Shown in pieces: positions 42,916-56,189 of a stretch of DNA of 64,000 nt; positions within the stretch are counted from its first letter, which is position 1; every line of letters begins with the position of its first letter. Source of the stretch: Octopus sinensis (taxonomy: Eukaryota); the NCBI RefSeq assembly GCF_006345805.1, contig NC_043012.1:7068001-7132000 (forward strand), in the 5' to 3' direction. The notes under the pieces were generated by a model. It was not told the DNA's origin, did not search any database, and worked only from the letters and a program-made list of their open reading frames with translations. Position numbers and translations under genes: made by a program.

Positions 42916-43618
42916 TGAAGGATACATTATAAAAATGTTAGTTTGCTATGTTCGTCTTTTCATAAAGAAGCTAATTATTCTTTCGTCTTTCTCTGTGACT
43001 TTGCAAGTTCAAAAATGAATGATTAATATTAGCAGCTGCTTACTGTTATAAAAGCTTTCATCTTCATTCATTCATTCCTTCAGTACAGACGATCGTAGTC
43101 AGAGATTTGCTTATAATCATTTTCCTTTTACGCCATTTCTTTCAAAAACTATTATTAGCGACCAACGCTTATATTAATTTATTTCATCTTCAAATCAAAT
43201 ATTAACAAATAAATATTAAAAATTTGTTCCAGAAAGATAACTAGAAATAGAAAAGTTTATGAGTATTAAATATATATTCTAGTTATATAACTCCCTTTGG
43301 CACAAATTAAACATTTATTTCACAATCTAAAAGAATAAATTTTCAATTTGTTTTAAATTGTATATCAGATCCATTGGTTAAACTGTCTTCCAATATTTAT
43401 TTATCTAAACGGCTGTTTATTGATTCGATTGATGTAATATTTACATTTACAGTGTGGAGGCGCAATGGCCATGGTTAGGGCAGCGGACTCGTGGTGATAG
43501 GATTGCAGTTTCGATTCCCAGAGAAAAATATCTCACATTATAACCGTTTCTTAATTTTATTTACGCGTTAAACCGGTTGCCTTTCCTGTCCTTTAGTTCA
43601 GTTCTGATATTACTGACC

Positions 43619-43841
43619 TTAACCTATTAAGTCCCACAGTCCTATAAATAGGACACTAAATGAAAACCTTAAATAAGCTATATCACATTGTCTCAGTGTC
43701 CTATTTATAGGACACCATCTCTACTTGAAGTAAAGGAGTTTTGATAATCATTTTTTCCCCATTTCAACCTATTTTCAATCACCTGTAAAAATTTTAAAGT
43801 AATATTAAAAAATTTAAGTACTCTGGGATTTAATGGGTTAA
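43619..43841. mobile_element. piggyBac-like MITE
   Basis: TTAA-CCTATTAAGTCCCA ... TGGGATTTAATGGG-TTAA (12/14 TIR) plus an internal inverted pair GTCCTATAAATAGGACACT / AGTGTCCTATTTATAGGAC. Confidence 0.8.
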
Positions 43842-44703
43842 ACGAGCCAAAAGGATTTTTTCTGTTAACCAAGGTCCACTTTGTTGTAGATATTTAGACT
43901 AGGTACCCAATCTGAGAATAACCTAAGAATCGTGCTATTTTTCTTCTCTTTCCCACCCCTTATATAAGATAATAGTTGCAACTTCCTCCTCTGACGAAAT
44001 CATAAAACAAAATTTCACTTTTAAAAGCGAATAACATGTATATAATTATGCCTTACTGTAATTTCACTTGATCACGCCATTCGACCACCAGCCAATCCTT
44101 AATTCAAAATACGCCATCAATTTACATTATTTATTTACTTATTTATGAAAGTTAGTACATCTGTCAATCATTGCGGCCATGTCTGTTTATTCTCTTTTGA
44201 ATTGTGAAGATTCATTCCCAGTTTAAGATTCTTTAAACTAATTTTCAAGAGTTTCAAATTTCTGAGGAGCGACATGTGGAAGATAACGGATATGTTTATT
44301 TTATCTTTTTCTGAGGAGAGAAGGCAGTGCTCATGACCCTTTACAATCTCCCTAGAAATATTGGAAGTAAGTGGGGAGAAGTGTCCTCAAACCAGTGATC
44401 TAGACCGAAAGTTTGCAACATTAGGGCTTTTGCTAAAGTTCTCCACGATGCCGGATGATATATTGTCTTTCACCTTAGAAGTGCATGGCTGGGCTTGACC
44501 TCTGAACCGGAACAAATTCTGTAAGGCATCCGGTTTGACATGCTTTCACTTCTGCGAATGCACCACTCTGTATTGTTACTTTTTACCCACCGACCCTGAC
44601 AACATAAAAGTAATATTGACCTCGACCAGATTTGAACGCAGAACAAATACTACGAGACATTCTGTCCAACGTCCTACCGACACTGCCAATTTGTTGCTTA
44701 GTC

Positions 44704-44936
44704 AGGTGGGCGAGCTGGCAGAATCGTTAGCAGGCCGGCCGGAATGCTTAGCAGTATTTCGGCTGCCGTTACGTTCTGAGTTAAAATTCCGCTGAGGTCA
44801 ACTTTGCCTTTCATCTTTTCGGGGTCGATAAATTACGTACCAGTTACGCACTGGGGTCGATATCATCGACTTAATCCGTTTGTCTGTCCTCTCTGTGTTT
44901 AGCCCCTTGTGGGTAGTAAAGAAATTGGTATTTCGT
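44704..44936 (+). mobile_element. SINE type B variant with Tx1-like tail, ending in GGTATTTCGT
   Basis: Head and body as type B; tail TCTGTGTTTAGCCCCTTGTGGGTAGTAAAGAAAT, then a repeat of the internal GTATTTCG motif (44927-44936). Confidence 0.9.
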
Positions 44937-46510
44937 ACGCCTGTTATTGAAAATTTATTGTTGGAGCGTGTTCGTAAGTTTCTGTTGTTATATCTCTTGT
45001 GCCTATTGTTGGACTTATTGTTGAAAAAAATTGTAGTATAGTTTTCTTTCGAAAGCTATCTGTGGTTTTCCCCTGTGGGGGAAAACATTAATTGCCGGTA
45101 AGATGCCAAAAAGCTTGTCTTCTTCGTCGGGTGATGAATCATCGATTGAGCGAGAAGCGAAGAAAATAGAAAGCTTAATTTTTGATAACGTTTCTGATGC
45201 GTCGGAAAGCGAATTTCCGGCATCACCAAGAGTTACGAACACCAAAAGAAAGACAGAAGAAAGGACCATCCAAAATAAAGGAAGGAAAAGTTTTGCGTCA
45301 GCAGCTGGTAGTGGAACGCGACAGCTTTCAACTGACAAAAGAATTACTAAAATACAAAGATATGATAACAGAACGAGATGGAATAGTAAAAGTGGAAATA
45401 TCAGAAGAAGAATTAACGGAGGAAAAAAAGGATATTATTTTTAAGATATTCTGCTTAAAAGCTCGTAAAATTGATAAGATATGTGAACAAAAATGTCTAA
45501 ACCTCATCTGGCAGGACATTACATATCTAGCCAAAGGGAAGAAGTTTGGAACCATCGTGATGAGGTTCAAGAATGCAGAAACGGCACAAAAACACTATAA
45601 AACCTTTAGAGTCAGAAGACACAATGTTAATCACAATTTATATGGGAATGAGAACATCAAAAGTGAGAATATCAAGAATTCCACCCAGAGTAAACCCTAT
45701 GTGATTGATGGCGGCAAACAGGGAAGATAATATTAACCTCCTGCAGGATACCGTCACAGAGAATACCTATTGGACTGGTCAAACGCTTAACCTCATACTG
45801 CAGCTGACCAAAAAATTTTAGAACAGATCCCAGAAATCGTGGAAGTAGGGGAGGAAGTTCTAAATATTTTTGCTGAGGGGAGTAAGCCCCACGTTTCCAG
45901 TGTGGCCAAATGGGTCACATTAAAAAATATTGTAAAGAAGGTGTAGAAGAATCAGACGGCGAGGAGGAAGAAAGACAGAGAGAGAAACAGAAGGAAAAAT
46001 AAACAACAAAAGGAAGATGGAAGGCTCGAACCAGCAAAAGCAGAGCGAGTCGAGACAAAAAAAAGCCAAGAGAGACAGACCGAGGAAGGCGGAGGGGGTG
46101 ACGAACAGAGGAATAGCTGCGCTACACAGCAAAAACGAAGACTTAATGCGGGAAATAAAAACCAAAAAATCAGCAACTAGATTAATTGAACTGTCAGATA
46201 AATACACAAACTACGAATTTTATAAACTGGACGAAAAAACGTACATGTTGTTTAACACATAGAAAATCGGTCTCAACATTGAGACTGGATTTTCATCAAT
46301 CTATGTTTGAAGGCTTGCCATCTCTGACCCTAAGTCAAGAAAAGGTGGAGAGTCCCTCTCCACAGGATGCCCCGATCAAAAAGGCAAGTCACATTGGTTG
46401 TATAAATTTGCGTTACCCCAATGAGAGCCATTGCGGTGACTGTCCACCACTACTAGTCCACAGTCAGCGCTATGGCACTGGTGTCACTATTACAGACAAC
46501 TCGACTTGAC
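44937..46510 (+). mobile_element. Tx1-clade LINE 5' UTR + ORF1 + start of ORF2 (3'-truncated, decayed)
   Basis: ATG 45103 MPKSLSSSSGDES...; ITYLAKGKKFGTI segment; zinc-knuckle remnant CGQMGHIKKYC (~45890-45933); APE-start remnant HIGCINLR (46390) and an ETRL-like motif (~46495). Confidence 0.8.
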
Positions 46511-47861
46511 GCTGAAGGAGAGGAAAGAAAGAATTTCAATTATAAATAGAGAGCTATAGAGAGAAGGCAACATATAAAACAACCCTTTCTCAGTTGTTGG
46601 CAGTTTTATCTATTCAGCATTGCGAGCATCGTAACAAGATGCGTCTTCGTCAAAGCAATTGCTCCCCCCAAAGCAAATTAAATAAAATTTGAGATACGTG
46701 GAACGTCAAAGCTGCTAACAAAAACGGGACAGTGAAAAAAATCGGTAAGGACTTTAACCATAACGAGGTGAAGTGGTGAACGCTGGAGAAAAAAAGCTTT
46801 GTCAAGTGACAGACAAGTATGCGTCTTATAACTGTAGCTGAACGAGAAGAAAAAGAATTTTCAGTTGGAAATAGAGAACTATAATTATTGAATTATGCAT
46901 AAAGTGGTGGCTTACATTCGGGGCTTCCAATTTCTCTAAAATATAAGATGATGGCAAAACCATCGCACATGTCACCATCTATTACAAACACCGGTGGAAG
47001 ATAAAAGTTCCAGAGGACATGCTTGTTCTTTCGTTAGTACAAGGATCGTATTATGTTTGGGTTAAAATAAATTGATACAAATAGAAAGTATTGAAATAAT
47101 GAGATATATATAAAAACCAGAATAGAAAATAAATATCTTAGATGCCGAAATATCGTTCAACCAATTTCACAAGTTAACTATGGCACTCTTCTATTTCTTT
47201 CTCTATAACTTCTGGACGAGTTACCTCAGTCCAGAATAGAAAATAAATATCTTAGGCATAAAAAATTTAGAAATGAGATTTTAAGTATATAGTACAACTG
47301 TTTTTTCTCCGTATGAGCTAAGGATTAATAAAATGTGGTATATGATAAAAAAATTTAAGACATTTGTCTTAAAACATTCAGACAAGCAAATTCAAATGTA
47401 GCGCATGAGGTATTATTCCATACGAATATTCACATATTTATATTAAGAGTTTCATGATAAATTATAGACATGAAAATGAAATGTAAGATTATAGGCATAA
47501 AGAATAAACACCTGACCTATATAATGGGTATTATGAAGTTAGGAAATAAATTAAAAGAAGCGAGTGAAAGTCTTACGCCATACCTCAGTCAGAAAAGCTT
47601 TAGTCGAAATTCATCCCTCAGAGTTCCTTTCTCGAGGTAAAATCCAGTAACGCACTACATGGCGCCAGTTCAGTTGGTGAAAGTTCAATTTTTGAGTATC
47701 GAAGAATCAGTGACAGAATCTGACGGACTTCGTTCTGTGAGTCTAGGTTTATTTATTATCCATAAAAGACTATACATAGATGGGGACAGTACAATTGGGG
47801 AACATAAAATAACAAAAGAGAATGAATGAAGACGAAGAAATTAAAAAAGAATAAATTATAA

Positions 47862-49385
47862 GTTATTATTATAATGAGGCGCAATGCTTACTCGAACCCC
47901 GAAGTGGAGTGGTTACATTTTGTCTGTCTTTTCCCGTAATTGATTTTCTCAAAGATTATAACTGAGTTTTACAAAATTACAAATCAATTTCACAAAATTA
48001 CAATTGAAGTTCACAGGAATTTCAAAAAATTAAATTTCACAAACATAGTTTTTCGTGACATTTTCCACTTTTTCATAATTTCAGAGATATTCTATTTTTC
48101 TTTTCAGCTCCTCATAATCCATTACGGGAGGTGGGTGATCCATCAACCGACACCTCTTGTCTCCTAGTATATTCTTTCTGGCGACCTCGATGAAATTGGC
48201 GTAACTGTCCGCATGGACTAAAACACCAATCTCGTCTTCGTCATACTTGGTTCTCATCCTTACTCTTGTTACTCCCTTCATTCTCGATCCTTTTTTTCTC
48301 TATTTCATAGGAGCTTTTGTATATTACAAATGCTCCATAAAATTTAAACGTATCATTACCTTTGTTTTCCGCTGAGTCTTCCCTCGTCTTCGATCTTTTT
48401 CTACTTTTGGGACTGGTAGCTCCTTTGCTCTCTCTGTTTCTCTCTTCTTGTTGTCCTTCTTGTTTTCTTTCTTTTTCAGTGTACTGTTTTTTCTTCTGTT
48501 TGAACTTTCTCTTGTCGCTATTGTTTCTTTTGCTCTTTTTATTCCTTTTCTGTTGTCTCTTTACTTTGTGTAAGTTCATATAATGGACACTCAGTCCTTA
48601 TATGTCCTCTAGTTCCGCACAGATGACAGTTGGGTCTCCTTCCTTCGACAATAATGTTTATCGTTGGTTCATTTTCCACTTCTATCTGGAAGGGGATTCT
48701 CTCTATGTCTTATGTTGTGGCCATAAGCCACATCTCGACACTGAATCCCCGCCAGTTCACCGTATTGGTTTCAGTAAGTGGATCCAGTTCGGGTTCGTCT
48801 TTTGTAGACCCTAGAATCGCTGCCACCAGCCATTCCGTTTTTATTTCGGTGGTATGTTCGGAATCTTAATCCTTATGCTTCTTCTTCCTTTGTAAGGGGA
48901 TAACATCGTAAACCTTTCTGTTCTTAAGATAGCGGTGGATAGCGAGGCCGCCTCTTCACTTGTGGCAAACCTCACCTCCACCGTACCGAAATTTTCCCTC
49001 TGCTGGCGTATGTTGCTCTTCCCATTACGTCTCCAAGACACTTTTCTATTTCTTCTTCTGATATCCATACTATTTTCTTTGTGTTCGTATCTTGAGTTTT
49101 ATATATAATCTTTTTAAGGTTCTTATCCTCTGTTGTTTCTGCTGGAGGGATCAGCTTGATGCTTTCTCACCCCCTTCTCATGTACTGTTCACATCTCTAT
49201 ATTTCTCCTTTATCAATTGTAACATTTTCTTTTTAAAACCCAGTGAGGCGACACTTCTTGTTGCAGCAACCCTCGCATAGGTATCCATGACGGAGGGACG
49301 ACGTCTTTTCTTTCCCCTAAAATGAGAAAAAAACAACGGCAAGCAGCAGCAAGCGCCTCGCGCGATTCGTTCTCGTTACGACATT
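47862..49385 (-). mobile_element. Tx1-related ORF1-only element
   Basis: ATG at 49288 (MDTYARVAAT); SEEEIEKCLGDVMGRATYASRGKNFGTVEVRF aligns with SEEKIEKCLKPIWQDITYLARGKKFG at ~58950; ends in a (TAA)n tail at ~47862; no ORF2 seen. Confidence 0.65.
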
Positions 49386-50178
49386 ATTATTATTATTTTT
49401 TTTTTTTTTCACACAAAAGACATAACATATTGACACTGCAGCGAACGTACTTCGCACTAAAGTCTAAGAGGATTTTACCAGGTTAAATAAGAAATGTAAA
49501 GGATTGACAGGTGAATTTTTAGCTAATCATGCAAATGATAGCCTATGCGAATTTCCATTTTTGTACTGATATATTGTTATCCAAAGAAATAATTAAAGAT
49601 TTCTATATAAGTATTCAGTGGATCTAATCCAGAACGTATTTTCAAAAAGTTTTAAAGATTTTACGTTTTAAAAATAAATTTTTTTTAATTTTAAAGTTTA
49701 GAATATTAAATGTTGCTAAATATTTATGCTTACAACATGCTTTACTTTGCGTATGTGTGCTTGTATGTGCGTATGTGTGTTTACATGTATGTATAATTGT
49801 GTGCGTGTATGTATGAGTGTGTGCAGTGTGAGTGTATGGGAGGTATGTGTGGGTTCATTTGCGTGTATGTATGTATGTGCGTGTAGTTGTGTGTACATTT
49901 ATGTGTGCGTATGTATGTGTGTGTGTGCGTGTATGCATATATTGTGTGTATATGTATAGGTGTGTATGTGTGTGTGTGCTTACGTGCGTGTGTGCGTGTG
50001 TGTTTGTACCCATGTGTGTATAATTGTGTACGTGTCTGTATGTGTATTGTGTGTTGGAGGTATATATGCGAACCTGTGTTAGTGTGTGTGTAGGTACGTG
50101 TATATGTGTGTGTGCGTGCATTATGTGCATATGTATGTGCGTGTGTGAACATATATATATATATATATATGATTATAT

Positions 50179-50395
50179 TAAAATTTGGATCTTTTCCTTT
50201 TGAACGGCACTTTGTAACAGAATTTCTAGGTAACTAAAAAGTTTTAAACTTCGTATACTGGTAGAATGTGTTTATAAAACATCATATTCTCTTGGCTTCA
50301 TTGAGAAAATTCTATAGTTTGTAAGATATTTCGTCTGAAATTTCGAGCATTTCGGCAATTTTAACCAATCGATTACCTCCATTGGAAACTTCCCC
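50179..50395. mobile_element. One arm of the GGATC-TIR MITE (see 56667-57084)
   Basis: GGATCTTTTCCTTTTGAACGGCA...; reverse complement of ~56890-57084. Confidence 0.8.
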
Positions 50396-50414
50396 AATCC
50401 TTAATCTGGCAATG

Positions 50415-50940
50415 CAACAGAGGTGCCTTGCCCTTTTGGGATAAGCTCGCAAGACACGGTGAGCGTCAGTCTCCGACCTGTCCAAGTTGCGGGGGGGGGG
50501 AGGGGACAGGGAAACCGTCCCTCATGCTATTGTTCAGTGTCCGGAGATATCTGAAATGTGGGCTTATGCTGAACACCTGTTGTCCGGCGAAGGAAGAGTA
50601 CGACTGTCGACTGAGTCAATTATAAAAATTGACCCATCGGGAGTTTTAACGAACGAAGGTAAGAATTGTTTTCTCACGGTTGTAACAATAGCGAAAGAGG
50701 CAGTATGGAAGACTAAGATAAAAGGAATTGGACAGGCAACTTTATCTCTGGACACAATTTACGATCATTTTTTACTTTTCATTTGAAAAGGAAGCTGTAG
50801 CTGGAGAAGTGATGTCTGTCGGAGTGTATGTTCCAAAAGAGATGGAAACATGTTGCACGAGCGTTGTGCATGCAAGGAACCGTGTGAATAGACGAAAAAA
50901 AAGAACAAAAAAAAGGTACCAGCGGTAGATCGGGGCTTGT
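50415..50940 (+). mobile_element. Tx1-clade LINE ORF2 3' fragment
   Basis: PTCPSC...ETVPHAIVQCPEISEMWAYAEHLL...AKEAVWKT, homologous to 26365-26995. Confidence 0.85.
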
Positions 50941-51934
50941 GGGGTCGGAGCGTGGCTTGATCATCTCTTCATTTGTATTGTCTTTGTATAGTTAATTCCA
51001 TTCGATTTTTTTATATTGTATTTAAATTTTTTAAGTCACATTATATGTGTTTCTTAAATGGCTTATAAACACCTTCCACGCTGCAATTGTTTTCGTTCCA
51101 GCACACGATCTCAGATCAGGTCACTTGCTATGCAAGTACATTTCCGTAATACAAAAGTATCATTTGCAATCATTTCTATTGATATTTCGTTCACTTTTAC
51201 AATTATTTAATTTATGTTTATTTACTTACAAATCATCGTTTGAAAGCATTATCTCGTTGCAACATATGACATCACACTTTTTTGTGCCAATCGAATGCAC
51301 AAAATCTGTGAACACTGGCGCAGCAATATTATTAGAGTAGCGGATAATACACTAAATTTATCCGCATGAACTAACTAAGGTGGATTAAGGCTTTACATGA
51401 GCGCTTCGGAGCAAGAAATAATCTTCTAGCTAGCTAGAGCACAAGAAGGTTTAATTCCCATGTAAATTTATAAGATATTGAAAAATTAAACTAACATCTT
51501 GATGTTTTGCCGTGAGTTAACACTCTTAACTTTATTAAAAGGAACAATAATTTAGATTGGATGGAAATCCGGAAATAAAATGAAAATCAAATCCAGCAGG
51601 ATTCGAATCCACAAAGTTGAAGGTCAAACCATAACATTTTAAAGAATTTAAAATGACGTTTAAAATTTCCGTTAATATAAAAAGTATAAGATTAAAAAAA
51701 GAAATCGAAATTTTATTAATACAAAAAAAAAAGGGCAAAAAAGTCTGAGCTATTAAAAAAAGATGAATAAGAGACGCTGAAGTATTTTAAAAGATAGAAA
51801 GCTGTAGCATTTAAGCGCGGTAAATGAAACAGCATTAGTTCAGAACGAGGCTAAGCAATGTTCGACATGTAAAGGCATCGACTGAAACAACTGAAGTCCA
51901 CTCCATTTGCAGAGCTGTGCGCTTAAGAAGCTCG

Positions 51935-52150
51935 CTTTGCGATCACGTGGTTTCGTGTTTAGTTTCACGGCGCCGCTTCTTGGGCAAGTGTCTTCTACTA
52001 CAACCATAGACTGACCAATATCTTTTGAGTGAATTTCGTTGACAGAAACTATGCGAAAGCCAATCATATAAGTATATATAAATACGCATATGTCATTAGA
52101 CTGCGGCCATGCTGGGGCACTGCTTCGAAGAATTTTAGTCGAACTAATCA
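51935..52150 (+). mobile_element. SINE type A 5' half followed by an inverted tail piece
   Basis: CTTGGGCAAGTGTCTTCTACTACAACC... then GACTGCGGCCATGCTGGGGCAC. Confidence 0.75.
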
Positions 52151-52201
52151 ACCCTCGTAACTATTAAAATCATCATTATTATTATTATTATTATTATTAT
52201 T

Positions 52202-55200
52202 CAGTAGTTTTATTTTTATAGCGTGCTTTCACTTCACTACCGAGCGCAGCTCTGTGTGCCTTGGGTATGTGCTGTGATTTGTTGTGATGCTCTGATGGTT
52301 ATTGTATGGAAAGTGTTCTGCGTAGGATGTGTACAGTGCCTAGTAGTGCAATTTTCTGTATGTTATATGTGTTTGTAAGTCCTGATGTTTTTGTTATGTA
52401 TTTGTCTGAATATTTTTTTATCATGCCTAATGCACCTACTATGATAGGAATTGTTTCTGTTTTCAGATTCCACATTCTAGTTACCTCTATTTCCAGGTCT
52501 TTGTATTTTGAGAGTTTCTCCATTTCTTTTAGAGACACGTTGTCATCAGCCGGTATTGATACATCAATTAGAAAGCATTTTTTTTCTTCATGATCTCTGA
52601 CAACTATATCTAGTCTGTTGGCCTTAATTTCTCTATCTGTGTGTATCGGCATATCCCAGAGTATGGTTGCTTTCTCGTTTTCTGTGACCTTTTCTGGTGT
52701 GTGCCCATACCATCTTTTTTCTGTTGTTATTCCATAATGTTGGCATAGCTTCCAATGTATGTAGGTTCCAACTCTGTCATGTCTGTGAATGTATTCCTTC
52801 TTTGCCAGGACTGGGCAGCTAGAGATAATATGATTTATTGTTTCTTGTCCATCTCCACATATTCTGCAGTTACTTGTAATATTTCTTTTCATTACATGTT
52901 TTTGGTAATTTCTGGTGGGGAGGCTTTGGTCTTGTGCTGCAATTAAAAATCCCTCTGTTTCTGCTTTGAGTCCTGAGCTTCTCAACCATTGCTGGGATTT
53001 TTCTTTGTCTATTTCTTTTGCGTTTAGTTTAGTCCAGTATTTACCATGAAGGGGCTTTTCTTGCCATCGTTTTATCATGGTTCGTTGCTGTTCTATTTTT
53101 AGTTTGGATTTCATTTGTTTTATAGCTTTTGTTGTTTCTTCATCATCTTCTTCTTCTTCATGTTTATTAGGTGGTATGATTCTTGTTTGTTTGTCAGCTT
53201 CCTTAAATACTGAGAACAGTTTTTTTTTTTGCTCGTGTTTTGCCGCTATCTGGATCAGTTTTCTTTCCTTCTGAAGTAGATATTTTTGCAGTCCTATGGT
53301 GGTTATTTTATAGTAGTTTTCCAGCTGTATAAGGCCTCTACCACCTTCTATACGTTGTGTATATAGTCTTCTATGTCAGATTTTGGGTGATGCATCCTAG
53401 ATCCTGTCATTATTTTTCTTGTTTTCCTATCTATTTTGGTCAGTTCATTTCGTGTCCAGTTAGGATATTGTAGCTGTAACTTATAACTGGGACAGCTAAA
53501 GTGTTGATACCTATTATCTTGTTTTTAGCATTGAGCTCTGTTTTTAGTATTGATCTAACTCGTCTATAATATTCTTTTTTTATTTTCTCTTTCATTTGTG
53601 TGTGTTGTGTCTTATCTAGTTCATGGATTCCTAAGTATTTGTAAGTTTGGCTTTGGTCTAATTCTTTTATTTCATTGGTTTTATCTAGTGTGATGTTGTT
53701 ACTCTTAACTAGTTTTCCTCTTTTCATGGTTACTTTGGCGCATTTTTCTAATTCAAATTTCATATCTATTTCTTTGGTAAATCCATGAACTGTCTTTAAT
53801 AGTGTTTCCAGCTGTTTGTCATTTGCAGCGTATAGTTTTAGGTCATCCATATATAAAAGGTGGCTGATCGTTTTGCGGCATCCTTTCTGCTCTTCTGGGA
53901 ACAGTTTGTTTTCGTCCAGGTGCTTGTTCAGCCTTTGTGATATCACTGCAGTAAATGCCTTGAACATAGTAGGGAGGCAGGTTATCGGTCTGTAGTTTTC
54001 TGGTTTTTCTGTTTCATTTGATTTGGGAATCAAGATGGTTTTCCCCTTCGTGAGCCATTCAGGCATTGTCTCTGGCTCTGCTAGTACGTTGTTAAAGTTT
54101 TCAGCCAGGTTTTTGTGCATTCCTGTTAGATATTTCAACCAGAAGTTGGGGATCTTGTCATGCCCAGCTGCCTTCCAGTTGCTTAGTCTTTGCAGTGCCT
54201 GGGTGACCTCTTCAGTTGTTATGGAGGTCCAAAGTTGTCCAGATGCCGAGTTTGTTATTTTGATACTCCTTTTTTTTGGTGGTTCGTTCGCCGACCATAT
54301 TTCTCTCCAGAATTCTTCCAATTCTTCTGCCGTTGGTGCTGCAGTGACTGCTATTTTATTTTTGCCCAGTTCTTGGTAGAACTTTTTGGGGTTGGAGTTG
54401 AACTTTTTGTTTTCTTCAAAGAAGCGTTGGCGTTTCTTGTACCGGCGGATCCTTTGTGCTTTGGCAAGGATATCTTGCTTCAGCTTTTCTTTTATTTCAG
54501 GCAAATCTTTCTCTGTGATGTTATATTTGCGGAGTATTTTTGTTCTCTTTTTGTTGCTCAGTAGCGTTGATTGTTTGCTGATTTCATTAAGAATCGACAG
54601 GTCTTTTCTAATTTTTTAAATTTTGCTTTGGATGTTATTTATCCACAGGGTTTGTTTGGGTGGTGGTACTCCTGTTTGGGCGGGTTTGGGTGAGTATCCA
54701 GCTTCTTTTGTGGCTGCAGTGGCTGCTGCGTATATTAGGTTATTTAGCTCAGTGATATCACTTTTTTTTTATTCAGTGGCTATCAGTTCAGTGACGGCTA
54801 GGTTTATGCTGTTTATAATAGGTGTTGTTATTTCGTTTATTTTGATTCTTGGGAGGTATGGTCGGTGGTCCATTTTGAGCTTTGTGGTTTTCAGTTCTTT
54901 GATTATTTTATTTTTTATATTATCATAATCATTAGGCTCCCCTTCGTTGTTTACATCGTGTTTGTTGGGAATGTTGCGTTTGTCTTCATGTTTTACAGTT
55001 TCAGTGTTTATATTATTGGGCATTGTTGTGTGGTTTCTGTCTACATTTTCCTGGTGTATGTTTTCTTTTAGGTGTTCTATTTCTATTTCTGATATTTTTT
55101 TTTGTGTTGAGAATGTATCTTCGTACGTTAGCTAATTTATTAGGGTTCATTGCTGTATCCAAGTCTATATCTCTATTATTTTCCTTCCATATTTTATATG

Positions 55201-55782
55201 TATGTGTTGTTGTATTTTCATTTTTTGGGTAGAGTACTGCTGTGAAGTATGCGCGTAAGATAGAAATGTATTCCTCACGTGTCCATTTACGTCTTTTGGG
55301 TTTTATTTGCGGGACATGAGGTACAACGTCCGGCCATTATTTTGACGTTCGTCATTTTCGTAGGGTACCGGTCCGTTTATTCTGTTGTCACATTATTTCG
55401 CACGTGTAGTTTTTCGTACATTTTTTGTTGTAAGTTTAATGTACGTACCGCTCGATTGTTATTCTTGGGTTGAATAGTATCGGTGGCATTTAATTTCTTC
55501 GTAGTTCCTTTGTACATGGTGTTTGGGGTCGGGGATGATCGTGATGTTTCACGCATGTTTACATGTGTTGCGTTAGAGGTGGAGATGATATCGAGTCAAA
55601 ATACATCATTTCGTTTCGAAAATAGTAATAAATTTCAATTAGTATTACTTACTCGGATACAGTCCAATTCTTTGTTAGTAAAACTTTGGCTCCATATGAT
55701 GTCCTTGTTTTCGATGTTTGTGGATAGATTTCGGAGCTCTGAATTTTCCTTCTTACATCTCAAACGTCCCCGGTGTTCTCTC

Positions 55783-55783
<1 letters not shown>
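52202..55783 (-). mobile_element. Near full-length Dong/R4-type RLE LINE in (TAA)n, with internal RT deletion
   Basis: N-terminal RRKWTREEY Myb-like segment (~55300); RT NYRPITCL...EQKGCRK fused to ISHLLYMDDLKLY; CRIC...H...C zinc motif; RLDIVV...IDVSIP...EK..KY RLE; (ATT)n on both flanks; several frameshifts. Confidence 0.92.
52299..53114 (-). pseudogene. Zinc-finger + restriction-like endonuclease segment of the Dong/R4 ORF
   Basis: CRICGDGQETINHIISSC; ILWDMPIHTDREIKANRLDIVV (the usual RPD reads RLD); LIDVSIP; EKLSKY. Confidence 0.9.
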
Positions 55784-55838
<55 letters not shown>

Positions 55839-55864
55839 TTATTGAAAAGAATCGATTATTATGA

Positions 55865-55967
55865 TTGAAGTGTAGTACTTATTCTAACGGTCTTTTTGCT
55901 GAAGTTACAGGGACATAGACACACCGACACCTGTTATGAAGCGGTGGCGAGACACGCGCACACACGC

Positions 55968-56044
<77 letters not shown>

Positions 56045-56185
56045 TATGATTATTTCAGTTCCCGTCTAGCAAATGCATTCACAAGGCTTTGGCCGACCTG
56101 AGGCAATACCAGAAAACATCAGCTCAAAGTGGCACGCAGTAGAGTTGAACCCGGAACCACGTCGCTGGGAAACAAACTTCTTGCC
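55865..56185 (-). mobile_element. SINE type A
   Basis: Homologous to 7815-8242, with an internal (CA)n(TA)n tract. Confidence 0.8.
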
Positions 56186-56189
56186 GCAT

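Noticed and set aside
47655-47675. TGGCGCC primer-binding-site-like motif of an LTR element
   Set aside because: No paired LTRs and no gag or pol sequence nearby.
55700-55783. HDV-like ribozyme at the 5' end of the Dong/R4 element
   Set aside because: Expected by analogy with R2/R4 elements, but I could not find the P1/P2/P3 pairings.
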